Shown piece after piece: positions 1 to 13,486 of a stretch of DNA of 64,000 bases. The stretch is from Octopus bimaculoides (taxonomy: Eukaryota), in contig NC_068984.1 in assembly GCF_001194135.2 (NCBI RefSeq), positions 73,180,238 through 73,244,237 of the forward strand. The letters are read 5' to 3'. How positions within the stretch are numbered: position 1 is the stretch's first letter; every line of letters begins with the position of its first letter. The translations under genes were made by a program, and so were the position numbers. Below the pieces are notes generated by a model that worked only from the letters and a program-made list of their open reading frames with translations, ran no database searches and was not told where the DNA came from.

Positions 1-82
1 AAGGGTTTTTTCATTGTAAGGCTTTCTTTTTTTGTTGATTTTCACCTAGCAAGACTTATCGTAGATGGCGTAATAAGTCACA

Positions 83-111
83 CCCGGACAACGTCGGGTT
101 ATACTGCTAGT
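83..111 (+). mobile_element. Helitron-like 3' terminus
   Basis: GC hairpin cccgg-acaacg-tcggg followed about 8 nt later by CTAG-T, the canonical Helitron 3' end. The rest of the element is not recognisable. Confidence 0.4.
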
Positions 112-899
112 ATATATATATTTATAGTTATTGTCTACTGATGTTGCCTCCCTTCGACAATGTGCTGTGCAGTGGGGTCGAATTCAGAACGGTGTATTTG
201 CGAGATCAATTCTATAACAACACTTCCATACCTTCACACAAATTCTCAATTAATAATCATTCCATCATTCATACATAGACACTTACAACGGCTGACTTCG
301 CTTGTACATTGTCTGTGATTTATTGACTGGAGAATTCACCGTGTATAGCTCTTAATCCATATGAACATTATGCTCTATTTTCGGATATTTCGTGAACTAG
401 AAATGATAAATTAATGTTTTACTGGAAGATGAATACTTTTTATACATTTAGTTTGTTCTCAAGTAAAAGCCATGGTGAAATCAAAACAAATTCTTTAGTC
501 TAAGAATAAGTTACTCAGAGTTTAATCTGACAAGGTTAAGGTTAATACAATATATTTTAAAATGAATATAACTTGTCATAAATCACAAAGGTACAGATTT
601 TAGAAATAGTGTACTCGATATAGTCGATCCCAATGCTTAACAATTACTTATATTAGTAAGTGTTTGATGAAAGAGAATTTTGACCAGGCTATACTTGAAC
701 TCAAAATGAAGACGGGTAGATTTTGTTCACTGTTCTACTAATTTTGTTTCCCGCTACGACTACATTGGTAAAGATTTATCACATAAGCACTAGAAAATAA
801 ATATGGAGCGAGGCGCAGTCGAATACATCAATTACAGTACTCGACGATGAATTTTGATATTAATACCAGATTATAGAAATCTATGTCGACCACAGAGTT

Positions 900-1740
900 T
901 CTTGGAGAATGGGCATAAAGAGATCAAACTAAATATCGCAGGATGGTTTTCCGGCCCTCTAATAATTCTACAAATTCTGTACCCTAGCTCCTTCACAAAA
1001 CAATTGCAACAGAGAAATAACACGATACTGAACTATAAAAGAGTAAGATATTTATCCTCTCATAAGATCCAAATAGTAATCATATGAGATAAGTGAGCTA
1101 CATCAGACACAATCAAAACAATTACTTAAGTATCAATAAGATAAACTGACTAATATACACACAAATATTCGAAAAACAAACTTCTAGGAAATTATATAAG
1201 CGCTTTAGATTAATACTTATGACAGAGCTAAATATCAGAAATAAAGTTATAAATTTCAATAACCTAGCTGCGTGAATAGAAAATCAGGCACAAGAGTACT
1301 GAAGTACAATTATGTTATAATTATAAAACTTAATTAAAGAACATAATAGGTGATGTGAAATCAGAAAAAGGTCTCAGTGATAAACAAATCTAGCATTGTG
1401 TGGAATATGATATTCCATACAGGTTAAGGCTACTGGAAACGATATTGTTGACAAATGCCACCGAGAACAATATGCCTCTCAATTGAATTCTTATTTCAAA
1501 CGGAAAATAAAGCATCTTTTAAAAACGGGAAAAATACCAAAATATAAAGGAATGAAACTAGGGATAACCGGAATGTAGAGATTAAGAGAAGAAACATTTT
1601 CTGTAATGAGTGCCTTTGAAATTATTAAAACAGGCACAAACAACTAATTAACTAAACTCTCCGGACTACAAATATACGCAGCATCAAGAAATTCACAGCG
1701 TTAAATAATGCACACATATTACAATACAACTGAAAGCAAA
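900..1740 (+). mobile_element. Highly degenerate REL-endonuclease non-LTR retrotransposon (R4/Dong-like) fragment
   Basis: Frameshifted translations give YKRFRLILMTELNIRNKVINFNNLA (cf. YYRRVRLILKTELN), WNMIFHT...DIV (cf. WDMPIHTD..RPDIV) and a decayed C-terminus like that of the better copies at 4.5 and 19 kb. Confidence 0.55.
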
Positions 1741-2237
1741 ACAAGAAGAGAACTAGAAGTACAGGAGAACCTCAGGACTTGTGGCTAAATCGTTCACTGA
1801 AAGTGCACAATAACACTATTGAAGAGTAGCATTTGCCAGTTCGGGTAAAAGGTTAGCAAGTATAAGGGGACTTCAGAAACGTACGTTATATTATCAACCT
1901 TCATGGGATAGAAAGTGAAGTTAATCACGGTGTGACTTCAACTCAGGAAGTAATGATTTTGAAATAATATTGTAGCTCGTTATTTTAGACTCTTTAACGA
2001 TTTAGTCAGCTTATTCAATCTACTGCGCAGCCAGAATCATTAATTCTGATTTTCTAATATATAAATGTCAATGGATTGTTCTTACCTAAGTGTTTTATTT
2101 CTATAATGACTACTAAATCAATGACATTTCTCAAGTTGTCTCCATGATATGATAGTATAGTTATATGATTGAACATATATTTATTTGAATTCATCCATAA
2201 ACGTAAATACAAGCAAATGTTGTTGTTGTTTTTTTTG

Positions 2238-2268
<31 letters not shown>

Positions 2269-3254
2269 ACATATGTAAGCTTACATACGCATATATATAC
2301 TTTCATATTAATTCTGAGACAATATTTTTCAGCAGGAATTGACATTTCCACGCATATATCATTTATAAAAAAACAATAAAGAACTCATTGAAAATTTTTC
2401 GTTAAAATTCGTCTGTTTCAGAACGTAATATATATTAAATATCTCGGACACAAATCTGATCATCACACTAAAATAGCAGTTCGCCAATTCAGCCTTAACT
2501 GCAAATTGGTAGATATTAAAATACTGAACTTGAAATATGTATGTTTCTAGTTGTTGGCTACTGAGAAAGCTGAACAAATATTGCTGCTACCAAGATTTTA
2601 GCACAGAATAAGGCCTGAAGAAACAAATAATAATCTAAAATACGGGGGACGAAACAAAATGAATTGAATGATTTGTTAGATTACCAACAGTTTGAGTTGT
2701 AAATGATTTTACTGAAGTAATATCATTTAACAAACTGTCGTACAATAAGCTTTAGCGAACATCCATATGAGCATTAGCAACAGGCCAGATTGTATATTGT
2801 TGAAAATTTTGTGCAGTCAACAACCATAACATACAATGCTTTGTACTGTTCCAAATAGTTTTGTCCGGATCTAGTGGAGAAGGCACACTAAATTCATATT
2901 GTCTCGTCTCCGCTTGAATCCACATTAGGTTTCAACTCGACTTGTAATTTTAATATTCTGCCTGTCGAGCTGCTGTTGCTGCTGCAACTGCTGCTGTTGC
3001 TGCTACTGCTGTTAATCTTGCCTCAGCTGCTACTGCTGCTATGATCTAAATTCTCCCTATGCTCTAACTCCTTTAAATTATAGATCCTGCACCGAAACTT
3101 AACTGAATGGGCATATAATTCCTCACGCTGATCCTGCTTTGGCATTCCAAAATAAAACATTACACAACAACAATGCAGCATAAAATGAAACGTATAGCGG
3201 AAATTATTATGCAGCGTGCCAAAAGAAAACAAAGCCGAAAAGCAAAAGAAAGAA

Positions 3255-3307
<53 letters not shown>

Positions 3308-3639
3308 AAAAAAGAGAGCATAACAAAAAGCAAACTCTGTTCTAAAATAAAATGAAATACAAACAAGTAAGTCTAAAAGCTAAAATAATATAGTAAAATA
3401 CAAACAATTTACGACCAACGAAAAATCAATTTAAATGTCATCAGCTATCAGATATGATTGATGAATTTGGAAATACTTTCGTGATTTCATTTGGGAGAGA
3501 GCGAAAGAGAAGATATTGCAGTAGATAAAGTGATCGTCAGATTTCGAAGACACGGTTGATATATATACAAGTGTGTGTGTATGAGATATCTATATATATA
3601 TTTACATAAAAATATACATAGACACTTCAATACAGCAAT

Positions 3640-3670
<31 letters not shown>

Positions 3671-4242
3671 TATATATATATATATACACACATATATATA
3701 TATATATAATTCATACATACACATACGTATATGTACCTATATTTGTACAGAGACTTAGACGAAGACAGATGCAATGGAGAACTATAAATTAATGGAACAT
3801 TGCTAATCTATAGAGATATGCTCTTACAATTCTAAGGTGTTAATTGAAACTGTGCACAACTTAGGAAGCTTTCCATATATTTACATTAACTGTCAAAGTC
3901 TGCTCGTTCATGAACTATTGTTCCTCGTCCATTTAGTGTTCCTATTTCTCTTACTATTCATCTATCACTATTCTTTCTCTCCTCTTCCCATTGCTATCGA
4001 CAATGTATCAATAATTCTAGTTTCTTACTCTAACATAAGCACAAGTCCAATGGGATTAATGGAAATATCCAGCTAATCAAATTGAATTCACTAAAGACTG
4101 GAATATTAGCCAAATCTCGCTCAAATTATATCATACCTTCATATAATTGGAGATAATTGTATCCAGGATGATGTAACAATGAATACATTGCTCCAAAAAC
4201 ACAGGCAGGTTTATCATAGCTTAAAGACTTTTAATTGTAATA

Positions 4243-4445
4243 CAGTTCTATGTTTAAGAGATGAGGAATTATGTACATTATTTACATTATTTACATTTGA
4301 CGAATATTTGTCCTCATCTCGTTTGTTGTTAACACAACGTTTCGGTTGATATACCCTCCAGCTTTCATCAGGGGTCTTGGGGAAATTTCGAACCAGGGTT
4401 CTCATTCCTAAGGTATTTTTCAATGTTATTATTATTATCATTCAG
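4243..4445 (-). mobile_element. Hammerhead-containing short module (family A), joined to the (AAT)n tail of a LINE
   Basis: Near-identical to 39900-40088: aacattgaaaaataccttaggaatgagaacc...ctgatga...gaaacgttgtgttaacaacaaac...cctcatctcttaaacatagaactg. Confidence 0.85.
4331..4376 (-). ncRNA. Minimal hammerhead ribozyme motif, family A (decayed copy)
   Basis: CTGATGA core and GAAACGTT are present. Stem I (gaccc/gtgtt) and stem II (agctg/caacc) carry mismatches relative to the 39957 copy. Confidence 0.55.
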
Positions 4446-4614
4446 TAGTTTTAGTTTTATAACGTGCTTTCACTTCACTACCGAGCGCAGCTCTGTGTGC
4501 CTTGGGTATGTGCTGTGGTGCTCTTATGGTTACTGTATTGAAAGTATTTTGCGTAGGATGTGTGCAGTGCCCAGTAGTGCAATTTTCTGTATGTTATACC
4601 TATTTGTAAGTCCT
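4440..4614 (-). mobile_element. 3' end of REL-type LINE (R4/Dong-like), truncated by gap
   Basis: Minus-strand GLTNRYNIQKIALLGTAHILRKILSIQ*, then a 3' UTR (accacagcacatacccaaggcacacag) matching 19990-20070, and an (AAT)n tail. Confidence 0.85.
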
Positions 4615-5408
4615 NNNNNNNNNNNNNNNNNNNNNNNNNNNNNNNNNNNNNNNNNNNNNNNNNNNNNNNNNNNNNNNNNNNNNNNNNNNNNNNNNNNNNN
4701 NNNNNNNNNNNNNNNNNNNNNNNNNNNNNNNNNNNNNNNNNNNNNNNNNNNNNNNNNNNNNNNNNNNNNNNNNNNNNNNNNNNNNNNNNNNNNNNNNNNN
4801 NNNNNNNNNNNNNNNNNNNNNNNNNNNNNNNNNNNNNNNNNNNNNNNNNNNNNNNNNNNNNNNNNNNNNNNNNNNNNNNNNNNNNNNNNNNNNNNNNNNN
4901 NNNNNNNNNNNNNNNNNNNNNNNNNNNNNNNNNNNNNNNNNNNNNNNNNNNNNNNNNNNNNNNNNNNNNNNNNNNNNNNNNNNNNNNNNNNNNNNNNNNN
5001 NNNNNNNNNNNNNNNNNNNNNNNNNNNNNNNNNNNNNNNNNNNNNNNNNNNNNNNNNNNNNNNNNNNNNNNNNNNNNNNNNNNNNNNNNNNNNNNNNNNN
5101 NNNNNNNNNNNNNNNNNNNNNNNNNNNNNNNNNNNNNNNNNNNNNNNNNNNNNNNNNNNNNNNNNNNNNNNNNNNNNNNNNNNNNNNNNNNNNNNNNNNN
5201 NNNNNNNNNNNNNNNNNNNNNNNNNNNNNNNNNNNNNNNNNNNNNNNNNNNNNNNNNNNNNNNNNNNNNNNNNNNNNNNNNNNNNNNNNNNNNNNNNNNN
5301 NNNNNNNNNNNNNNNNNNNNNNNNNNNNNNNNNNNNNNNNNNNNNNNNNNNNNNNNNNNNNNNNNNNNNNNNNNNNNNNNNNNNNNNNNNNNNNNNNNNN
5401 NNNNNNNN

Positions 5409-5447
<39 letters not shown>

Positions 5448-5659
5448 GATATGTATATATATAATATACGTAACAGTACATGGGTTTATATGTGGACCTC
5501 AATATGTATATATGCACACGACTATGTGCGCTGTATGTCTTGGTGAATGTTAATAAATATATGTATGTATATACATGTGTGTGTATGTGTGTGCCTATGT
5601 GTGTGTTAATACACTACTAAATAAAATGTTAAACCTAGTAACACTCTGTCAAGCAAATA

Positions 5660-5930
5660 ATTTCACTTTCAAGTACCGTTAAGATATACGTACCACTGCA
5701 AGGAAATAATTCTGAAATCTGATCGAGAAAGTCGTGAAATTTTGAAGAAAATGAATGGTACTGATTTTATATCTTAAACGATTATTTAGCTACTAGCTTC
5801 AAGTTAGCCTGAAGCAATAAAGTCGTTTCAAAGCAGAGGACATGTTGCTTGTATTGGAATCTATGGAGCAGCTTAAAATTTTAATGCCAATTATCGAATA
5901 GCTTACATCATAAGTTGTGTTTTATGTCTA
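5660..5930 (+). repeat. Unclassified dispersed repeat, copy 1 (paired with 21230-21510)
   Basis: Collinear blocks shared with copy 2: aatggtactgattttatatcttaa / aatggcactgattttacatcttaa, cctgaagcaataa, ttcaaagcaga, tgttgcttgtat, ttttatgtct. Confidence 0.7.
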
Positions 5931-6850
5931 CAACGCCGCATATAAACTGATGTACGGGGAACTTCTAGGAAGATAACTTATACTCCAACATCATAGGAGA
6001 GAGCTAGTAAGTGCACTTGTACGAAATACTCGTATAATTTTTAAGAAACACAAAAATTATTAGCAGAAGCATCCAGCTCCAGGCGTTTTCGGATTACTTA
6101 CTATGTCAGGAATACACATGTATCCGCTTATACGTGCGTGTATGTATGAGTGCGTGTGTGTGTGCATGTGTGTGTGTGTACACGCATATATGTATTTATT
6201 TCATAGATAGTTATATATATGTATAGCAATCCACACACACACGCACGCACGCATACACACACACAGACATATATATATATATATATATATATANNNNNNN
6301 NNNNNNNNNNNNNNNNNNNNNNNNNNNNNNNNNNNNNNNNNNNNNNNNNNNNNNNNNNNNNNNNNNNNNNNNNNNNNNNNNNNNNNNNNNNNNNNNNNNN
6401 NNNNNNNNNNNNNNNNNNNNNNNNNNNNNNNNNNNNNNNNNNNNNNNNNNNNNNNNNNNNNNNNNNNNNNNNNNNNNNNNNNNNNNNNNNNNNNNNNNNN
6501 NNNNNNNNNNNNNNNNNNNNNNNNNNNNNNNNNNNNNNNNNNNNNNNNNNNNNNNNNNNNNNNNNNNNNNNNNNNNNNNNNNNNNNNNNNNNNNNNNNNN
6601 NNNNNNNNNNNNNNNNNNNNNNNNNNNNNNNNNNNNNNNNNNNNNNNNNNNNNNNNNNNNNNNNNNNNNNNNNNNNNNNNNNNNNNNNNNNNNNNNNNNN
6701 NNNNNNNNNNNNNNNNNNNNNNNNNNNNNNNNNNNNNNNNNNNNNNNNNNNNNNNNNNNNNNNNNNNNNNNNNNNNNNNNNNNNNNNNNNNNNNNNNNNN
6801 NNNNNNNNNNNNNNNNNNNNNNNNNNNNTACAACGTCTTAGATACATATA

Positions 6851-7093
6851 TGCACATATATAACCTTGCTTATACATATATATACAAATATACACAATCA
6901 TATTGACACTCACACACACTCACAAATATACACATTATCTTAAAGTATACACGCATATACGCTTAACGATCACTATACCTATACATATATACACACACAC
7001 ATACACACATACATATATATAAATATATATGACACTAATACAAGGATAACGGTTAAAATTCAAATATGCATTTTTTTTTTCTTTTATTATAAC
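6851..7093. repeat. Left arm of ~245-bp inverted repeat bracketing the Penelope fragment
   Basis: Reverse complement of 8557-8822, e.g. gacactaatacaaggataacggttaaaattcaaatat vs atatttgaattttaacctttatccttgtattagtgtc. Confidence 0.9.
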
Positions 7094-7329
7094 CTTTTGT
7101 TTTCTCCATAAACGTACCACACATAGATGTGTCTACACATACTCATATCTACACATACTCATACGCCCATGCATACACACACTCATATAGTCACATACAC
7201 AACGCACAACACATACACACATGTGAACACACACATACATCTACACATACGTACATACATATCAAACTATATACGCTCATACGGTTATATATAACTACAT
7301 ATATGTATGTATTATGCATCTCAACATGT

Positions 7330-8556
7330 ATGTATGGAATGGAATTCCACATGTACAAGAGACAGAAGGGTGACTATAGAGGTGTACTCCCGAGTGGAAT
7401 CTGGATATTACCCCACTCGGATTTACGGTTTAGAGAGGGTTTGTACTCCTTGTTACAGACAGCTTCAGTGACTTGTCTCAGCATTGCATCAGTGGGATGT
7501 TTGGATTAGATTTTTAATTTAAGTCTCCCTAAGGAGCCCTTGCGGCAGTCTACAGCATGCTGATAGAAGATGGAGTTTGGTTTCTTTTCAATGTAGTTGT
7601 CCAGGTGTTCTTTGAACCTATCATTGATACTCCTAGAAGTCTCACCAATGTATGACTCTGGGTTAGTCGCGCAAGCTCCTTCTTGGCACTTAATCTGGTA
7701 TACAGTGTTCTTGGTTTTGCAGTTCACGTGTGGGTTTGTAGAACATACTGCACAATTATTTTGACAGATGATTCTATCAAACGGATATGATTTACATAAC
7801 CCAGATTTGATAGTCCTACCTGTCTTTTCTACAACTTTGATCTTAAGGCCAGTTGCGTGCAGGATTTTCTTGAATGCCTTACTTAATATGTTCTTAGGTG
7901 TAGCATCAACAAACANNNNNNNNNNTGCAGTTCACGTGTGGGTTTGTAGAACATACTGCACAATTATTTTGACAGATGATTCTATCAAACGGATATGATT
8001 TACATAACCCAGATTTGATAGTCCTACCTGTCTTTTCTACAACTTTGATCTTAAGGCCAGTTGCGTGCAGGATTTTCTTGAATGCCTTACTTAATATGTT
8101 CTTAGGTGTAGCATCAACAAACATTACGCTGTGAAACTTCTTGTTATCATACCAAGTGTCGTTCTAATTTCTTTTGTTGGCGTCCCTCTCTAACCTATTC
8201 CAGAACTTGTTCCGGTATAGGGGGCATGTACCGTTTTCATCATCTCTTAGGATGCGTTCGAATTTTGTTTTTGCTCCATTGTACACCCTGATTCTATTAT
8301 GCTGTGTGTATCCGGAATGTTGCATTCGGAATATATAGTGCTGGATGTGTTGTTGTCGTTCCTGCGGTTAGCATAGTGGGGATACATTCCTCATTACTCT
8401 AACTAAGTCTGCTACGAGGATGTTGATACGGGTTACCAGTGGATTAGCCATAGGTTTAGAGTAGTGTGAGTGGAGTAGACAGGGTTTAACAGTTCCATCA
8501 ATTACAGTATTTTCTATCCATAGCTCAGTATCTAGGACGGGTAACCTATTAAAGAT
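7330..8556 (-). mobile_element. Penelope-like retroelement, 5'-truncated: RT C-terminus, linker and GIY-YIG endonuclease
   Basis: Minus-strand RLPVLDTELW...HYSKPM...RINILVADLVRVMRN...RMQHSGY...CPLYRNKFW; KVVEKTGRTIK...C..C...C; VYQIKC...YIGETSRSINDRFKEH; AMLRQVTEAV...KPSLNRKSEWG. Contains stops and frameshifts. Confidence 0.92.
7725..8124. other. Contig-overlap duplication around a 10-N gap (assembly artefact)
   Basis: About 190 bp before the gap at 7916-7925 is repeated essentially identically after it. Confidence 0.8.
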
Positions 8557-8822
8557 GTTATAATAAAAGAAAAAAAAATGTATATTTGAATTTTAACCTT
8601 TATCCTTGTATTAGTGTCATATATATTTGTATATATGTATGTGTGTATGTGTGTGTGTATATATGTATAGGTATAGTGATGGTTAAGCGTATATGCGTGT
8701 ATACTTTAAGATAATATGTATATTTGTGAGTGTGTGTGAGTGTCAATATGATTGTGTGTACTTGTATATATATGTATAAGTAAGGTTGTATATATATGTA
8801 TAAGTAAGGTTATATATGTGCA
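8557..8822. repeat. Right arm of inverted repeat, abutting the 5' truncation of the Penelope element
   Basis: Reverse complement of 6851-7093, with an extra internal ~24-bp direct duplication (tatatatatgtataagtaaggtt x2). Confidence 0.9.
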
Positions 8823-9374
8823 AAGAAGGAGGGGGAAATACTGAAAATAAAGAGGATTATAGAGAGATACAGAGAAAGAAAGAAAGGAAGAGAGCAGAGA
8901 GTATAGTCACAGAAATTATGATTAAAAGAAAAAAACTTACTGTGGACAAGGCTGCGTTGCGTTCGATTATAAATAGATGAATATAAAATACATCGAGTAC
9001 ACGACATTGCCAACTAGTATAAAATACGTAAACACACGATCGATGTATCCAGGACAAAATACTAAAATAAGTCTAACCCTCCTCAGTTGTCGACTGTTAA
9101 TTATTCCCTATTTCGAGCTTTCAACGGCAAGATATGAAACCTTCATGTGTTTACATATTTTTCACTCGTTGGTGATTTCCTGTTTTTATTGTATATTTTT
9201 TGGTGTTTTGTCCTGTAATTATATATGTGTATAATTATATGTATATATATATATATATGTGTGTGTGTGTACATATATATATGTATATGTATATGTATAT
9301 ATACGTGTATATACATACATATAATATATATATATATATATGGACATATATATTTATGTATATATCATCTATAT

Positions 9375-9419
<45 letters not shown>

Positions 9420-9593
9420 CATACATATCTATGTCTATATATATATATATGTGTGTGCGTGTGTGTGTATGTATATCTATCTATCTATCTATCTATCTAT
9501 CNNNNNNNNNNATACATACATACATACATACATGCATACATACATACATACATATATACATACATACATACATACATACATAAATACATACAT

Positions 9594-9640
<47 letters not shown>

Positions 9641-10628
9641 GGGTTTGCCAAAAGTAACCAGACAATAAATCAGAATTCCATAAATACTTAATATTTTATT
9701 TTATTTGTTCATTCCAATTATGAATGTTTAATAATTGAATGCTGTGAGTTAAAATCACTGTTTTTGTTTGTTTGTTTGTTTGTTTTTTTCAACCTTTGTC
9801 TATTTATTAACGAAGTTTCTTATAAAATATTCTTATTTTAATCATGGAATTCAATGGGTTTTGATTTACTGTCAGGTGACTTTTGGCCAAACCTGTATAT
9901 ACGTGTGCGTGTGTGTGCGTGTGTGTGCGCGCACGCGTGTATGTATGTATGAAAGTTGTGTGTGGAAATAGATAAGGCAACTTCTGTTAGAAGTTCCATG
10001 TATAATACAATCACCAAGCCTGCTTCCAGTTTAGTTGTTAGTGAAGTATTATATTTAATAGTATGGAGCAAATGAAAGAGAAATTCCGATGAACAGAAGT
10101 TAATATTATTTGTTCCTACTTACATTTTTCTTTTGTGCTCGTTTGTAACCATACATTGGATGTTGCGCGTGAAACTGGATGCTTAATCACTACGAATGTT
10201 TAGGGAACATGTTATGGTTTTATATTACAGAGAACAAATGTTTTGAGTTGGGTAGATGGTGAAGCACTTTATAAGCATTTTAAGAGAGTAGTAGAAAGGA
10301 AGCGATTAACAAAGATAAAGAGGGACTTAGAAATAAGTGAAAAGGGTAGAGAAGAGTAGAAATGAAAGACAAAAGACCGAGTGCTTGGTTTGTTGTGTTC
10401 TCGATCAAAACATTTCATCTCACATTGCTTTGCGATCACTTCGACACCTAATTGCGGCATACAATTCCCCTATTCAGACAATGTCGATTTGATTGAGAGC
10501 GAGTGGGCTAACAAAACAGGATATATATTTGATCACTATAAATAAAATATTGGTGCAGGTCATTCAGCAAAATCTGAGCATTCATACACCATCTTCGACG
10601 GGAGGTTTCAATACTTACACACACACGC

Positions 10629-10671
<43 letters not shown>

Positions 10672-10686
10672 TAGATAGATAGATAA

Positions 10687-10731
<45 letters not shown>

Positions 10732-11375
10732 CATATATATATATATACACGTATGCTTGTATGGGTAGAAAAAAGAGGGAGGAAGTAAATAGGAGACAGG
10801 AAGGGCATCACAAATAGAGTATATGTTGCGTGTACGTGTGTGACTTTGAGACGAATATATATGGTCATATCAGTTTTGTATTCAATATGTCCTCGATTGG
10901 TGTTCTTCCTGTCTCCTTTTTAACTCGTCTCTCTTTTCTCTATCCATACTTATAAGCACGTACATCATATATACCACATGCATGTGAGTGTGTGTTTATG
11001 AACATAAGTATATATATATATATATGCACACACACATACACGTATGTATGTATTTATGTATGTATGTATGTATGTATGTGTGTATTCATGTAAATGTACG
11101 TATCTACATTTTGAAATATGCGAAAATATGACAACAGAGAAACATATATAAATGTACATATACATAGTCATATGCTGTATGTTATAAGCTATTTATCATC
11201 GCTTGCCTTGGTATATTATTATAGCTAAGGGCTAGAGAGCCAGCTAAAATCCAACGTTTCCTACGTGTAACGTAATTTTCGCTAATTGGCTTCCAGCCTA
11301 AATTCATTATACTTCAATTCAGCCGCGCTTTAATGCCTCATAGGTTTTAGAGATGTGCTTACTGCTTTCGTATGG

Positions 11376-11495
<120 letters not shown>

Positions 11496-13194
11496 AGGTA
11501 TATGTATCTCTATATTTATGTAGGATGATAGAAAGGAGACAAAGACAAAATTGGACATTAAGTGATGTAGGTAGGTGTCTTTATATTTATATGTATCTGT
11601 GTGTATATCTATCTATGTGTCCATATTTATGTGCGTGTGCGTGTATGTGTGTGTGTGTGTGTGCATATTTATATATCTATATCTATATACAGATAGACAG
11701 ATTGATATGTATATACATACACGCTTATATATATGTATATATGTATATATATGCATATGTATGTATCGCTGTACATTTGTATATGCATATGTATATGTAC
11801 ATACACATGCATATATATCCACCCCATATGCGCACATGCATACATTCAGATACATACAGACATGTATATATGTATATATGTAAAGTTAAAGAGTGAACAT
11901 GAAGGAGATAGAGAACGAAAGATGAGAAGGGAGAGATATTGTGAGTGGGTGTGAACCTAATCTCCATGATTTTTTTTCATCCCTGCTGTTGCAGGGAGAT
12001 TTCTTATCGATATCCGATGTAATTCATACGACGACGTTATACATTTATCAAATCAACTCAAAAATCTTAATGAAGTTATATACTGGAACTTAGAACGTTT
12101 GAAAGGCGAAGAATTAGCCGAACTATATTTCGTTGATCGAAATATAATATAATTCCATTAAGGCTATTTTAATTTCCATTCATTTATTTTAAAATCAAAT
12201 TGATTATAATTAGCTTATTATTATATAACTGTAATACACACATACATGAATGTATATAACTAATCTATCGTAAAAATACTTACACTCACATACTCATATA
12301 TGTATACATATATATAGTATATATATATAAAGTATATATATATATANNNNNNNNNNNNNNNNNNNNNNNNNNNNNNNNNNNNNNNNNNNNNNNNNNNNNN
12401 NNNNNNNNNNNNNNNNNNNNNNNNNNNNNNNNNNNNNNNNNNNNNNNNNNNNNNNNNNNNNNNNNNNNNNNNNNNNNNNNNNNNNNNNNNNNNNNNNNNN
12501 NNNNNNNNNNNNNNNNNNNNNNNNNNNNNNNNNNNNNNNNNNNNNNNNNNNNNNNNNNNNNNNNNNNNNNNNNNNNNNNNNNNNNNNNNNNNNNNNNNNN
12601 NNNNNNNNNNNNNNNNNNNNNNNNNNNNNNNNNNNNNNNNNNNNNNNNNNNNNNNNNNTATATATATATATATATATATGTATATATGCATATATAGATA
12701 TGCCAAATGAAAGATTGAACAGGATGAAATTTGTTGATGTAATTAGATCTTCGCATTCGTTGGTTTCCAGGGAGCATGTTATCGAGCTATCTATTGATGT
12801 ACCGTTTACTACTTTTCCGAAATTAAGAAATAAATGCACATCTGACCCCTTTTTTCACTCAGATTTTAAATACTTATGATATATAAAATCAATTGTACAA
12901 AGGGAAAATCTTGACTCTTTGTATATAATTTATTGAAATTGTTCCTTGATATATTGCTATGTTATTTGATGGTAAAATAATCTTCAACCAACGCAGTGCC
13001 TCGTGGCAAATAATTTATTAAGGAATTGGCAAGAATACCATGTAAGCTCAAGGTTCAGTTAAAGCAAATATATTAAAAACACGTAAGTTCAGCAAATGAA
13101 AGATTCGATTGTTACTCTAAAGCGATCATTGCAATTTAGTATGTTTATAGGAATAATACAAATGTATCTATCTATCTATCTATCTATCTATCTC

Positions 13195-13235
<41 letters not shown>

Positions 13236-13405
13236 GTAGGTGATTAAAATGAAAATAAGCAACATATGGATAATACCGTACTAAATTCTGGTGCCTAAAC
13301 TTAAGTACCATATTCACCTGAATCTAAATGTTTTATCTATCTATATATATATTTGTGTGTGTGTGTATGCATGTATGTGTGTATGCATGTATGCATATAT
13401 ATATG

Positions 13406-13486
<81 letters not shown>

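Noticed and set aside
7725-8124. Apparent tandem duplication within the Penelope ORF
   Set aside because: An identical ~190 bp either side of a 10-N gap indicates an unmerged contig overlap.
9105-9155. Possible third hammerhead on the minus strand (acac-ATGAAGG-tttca...tgaaa-gctc-GAAA)
   Set aside because: The core CTGAnGA is broken and there is no NUH triplet or stem I partner. At best a dead relic.
12987-13031. 45-bp exon candidate CLVANNLLRNWQEYH
   Set aside because: Isolated, with a poor polypyrimidine tract and no supporting neighbours.
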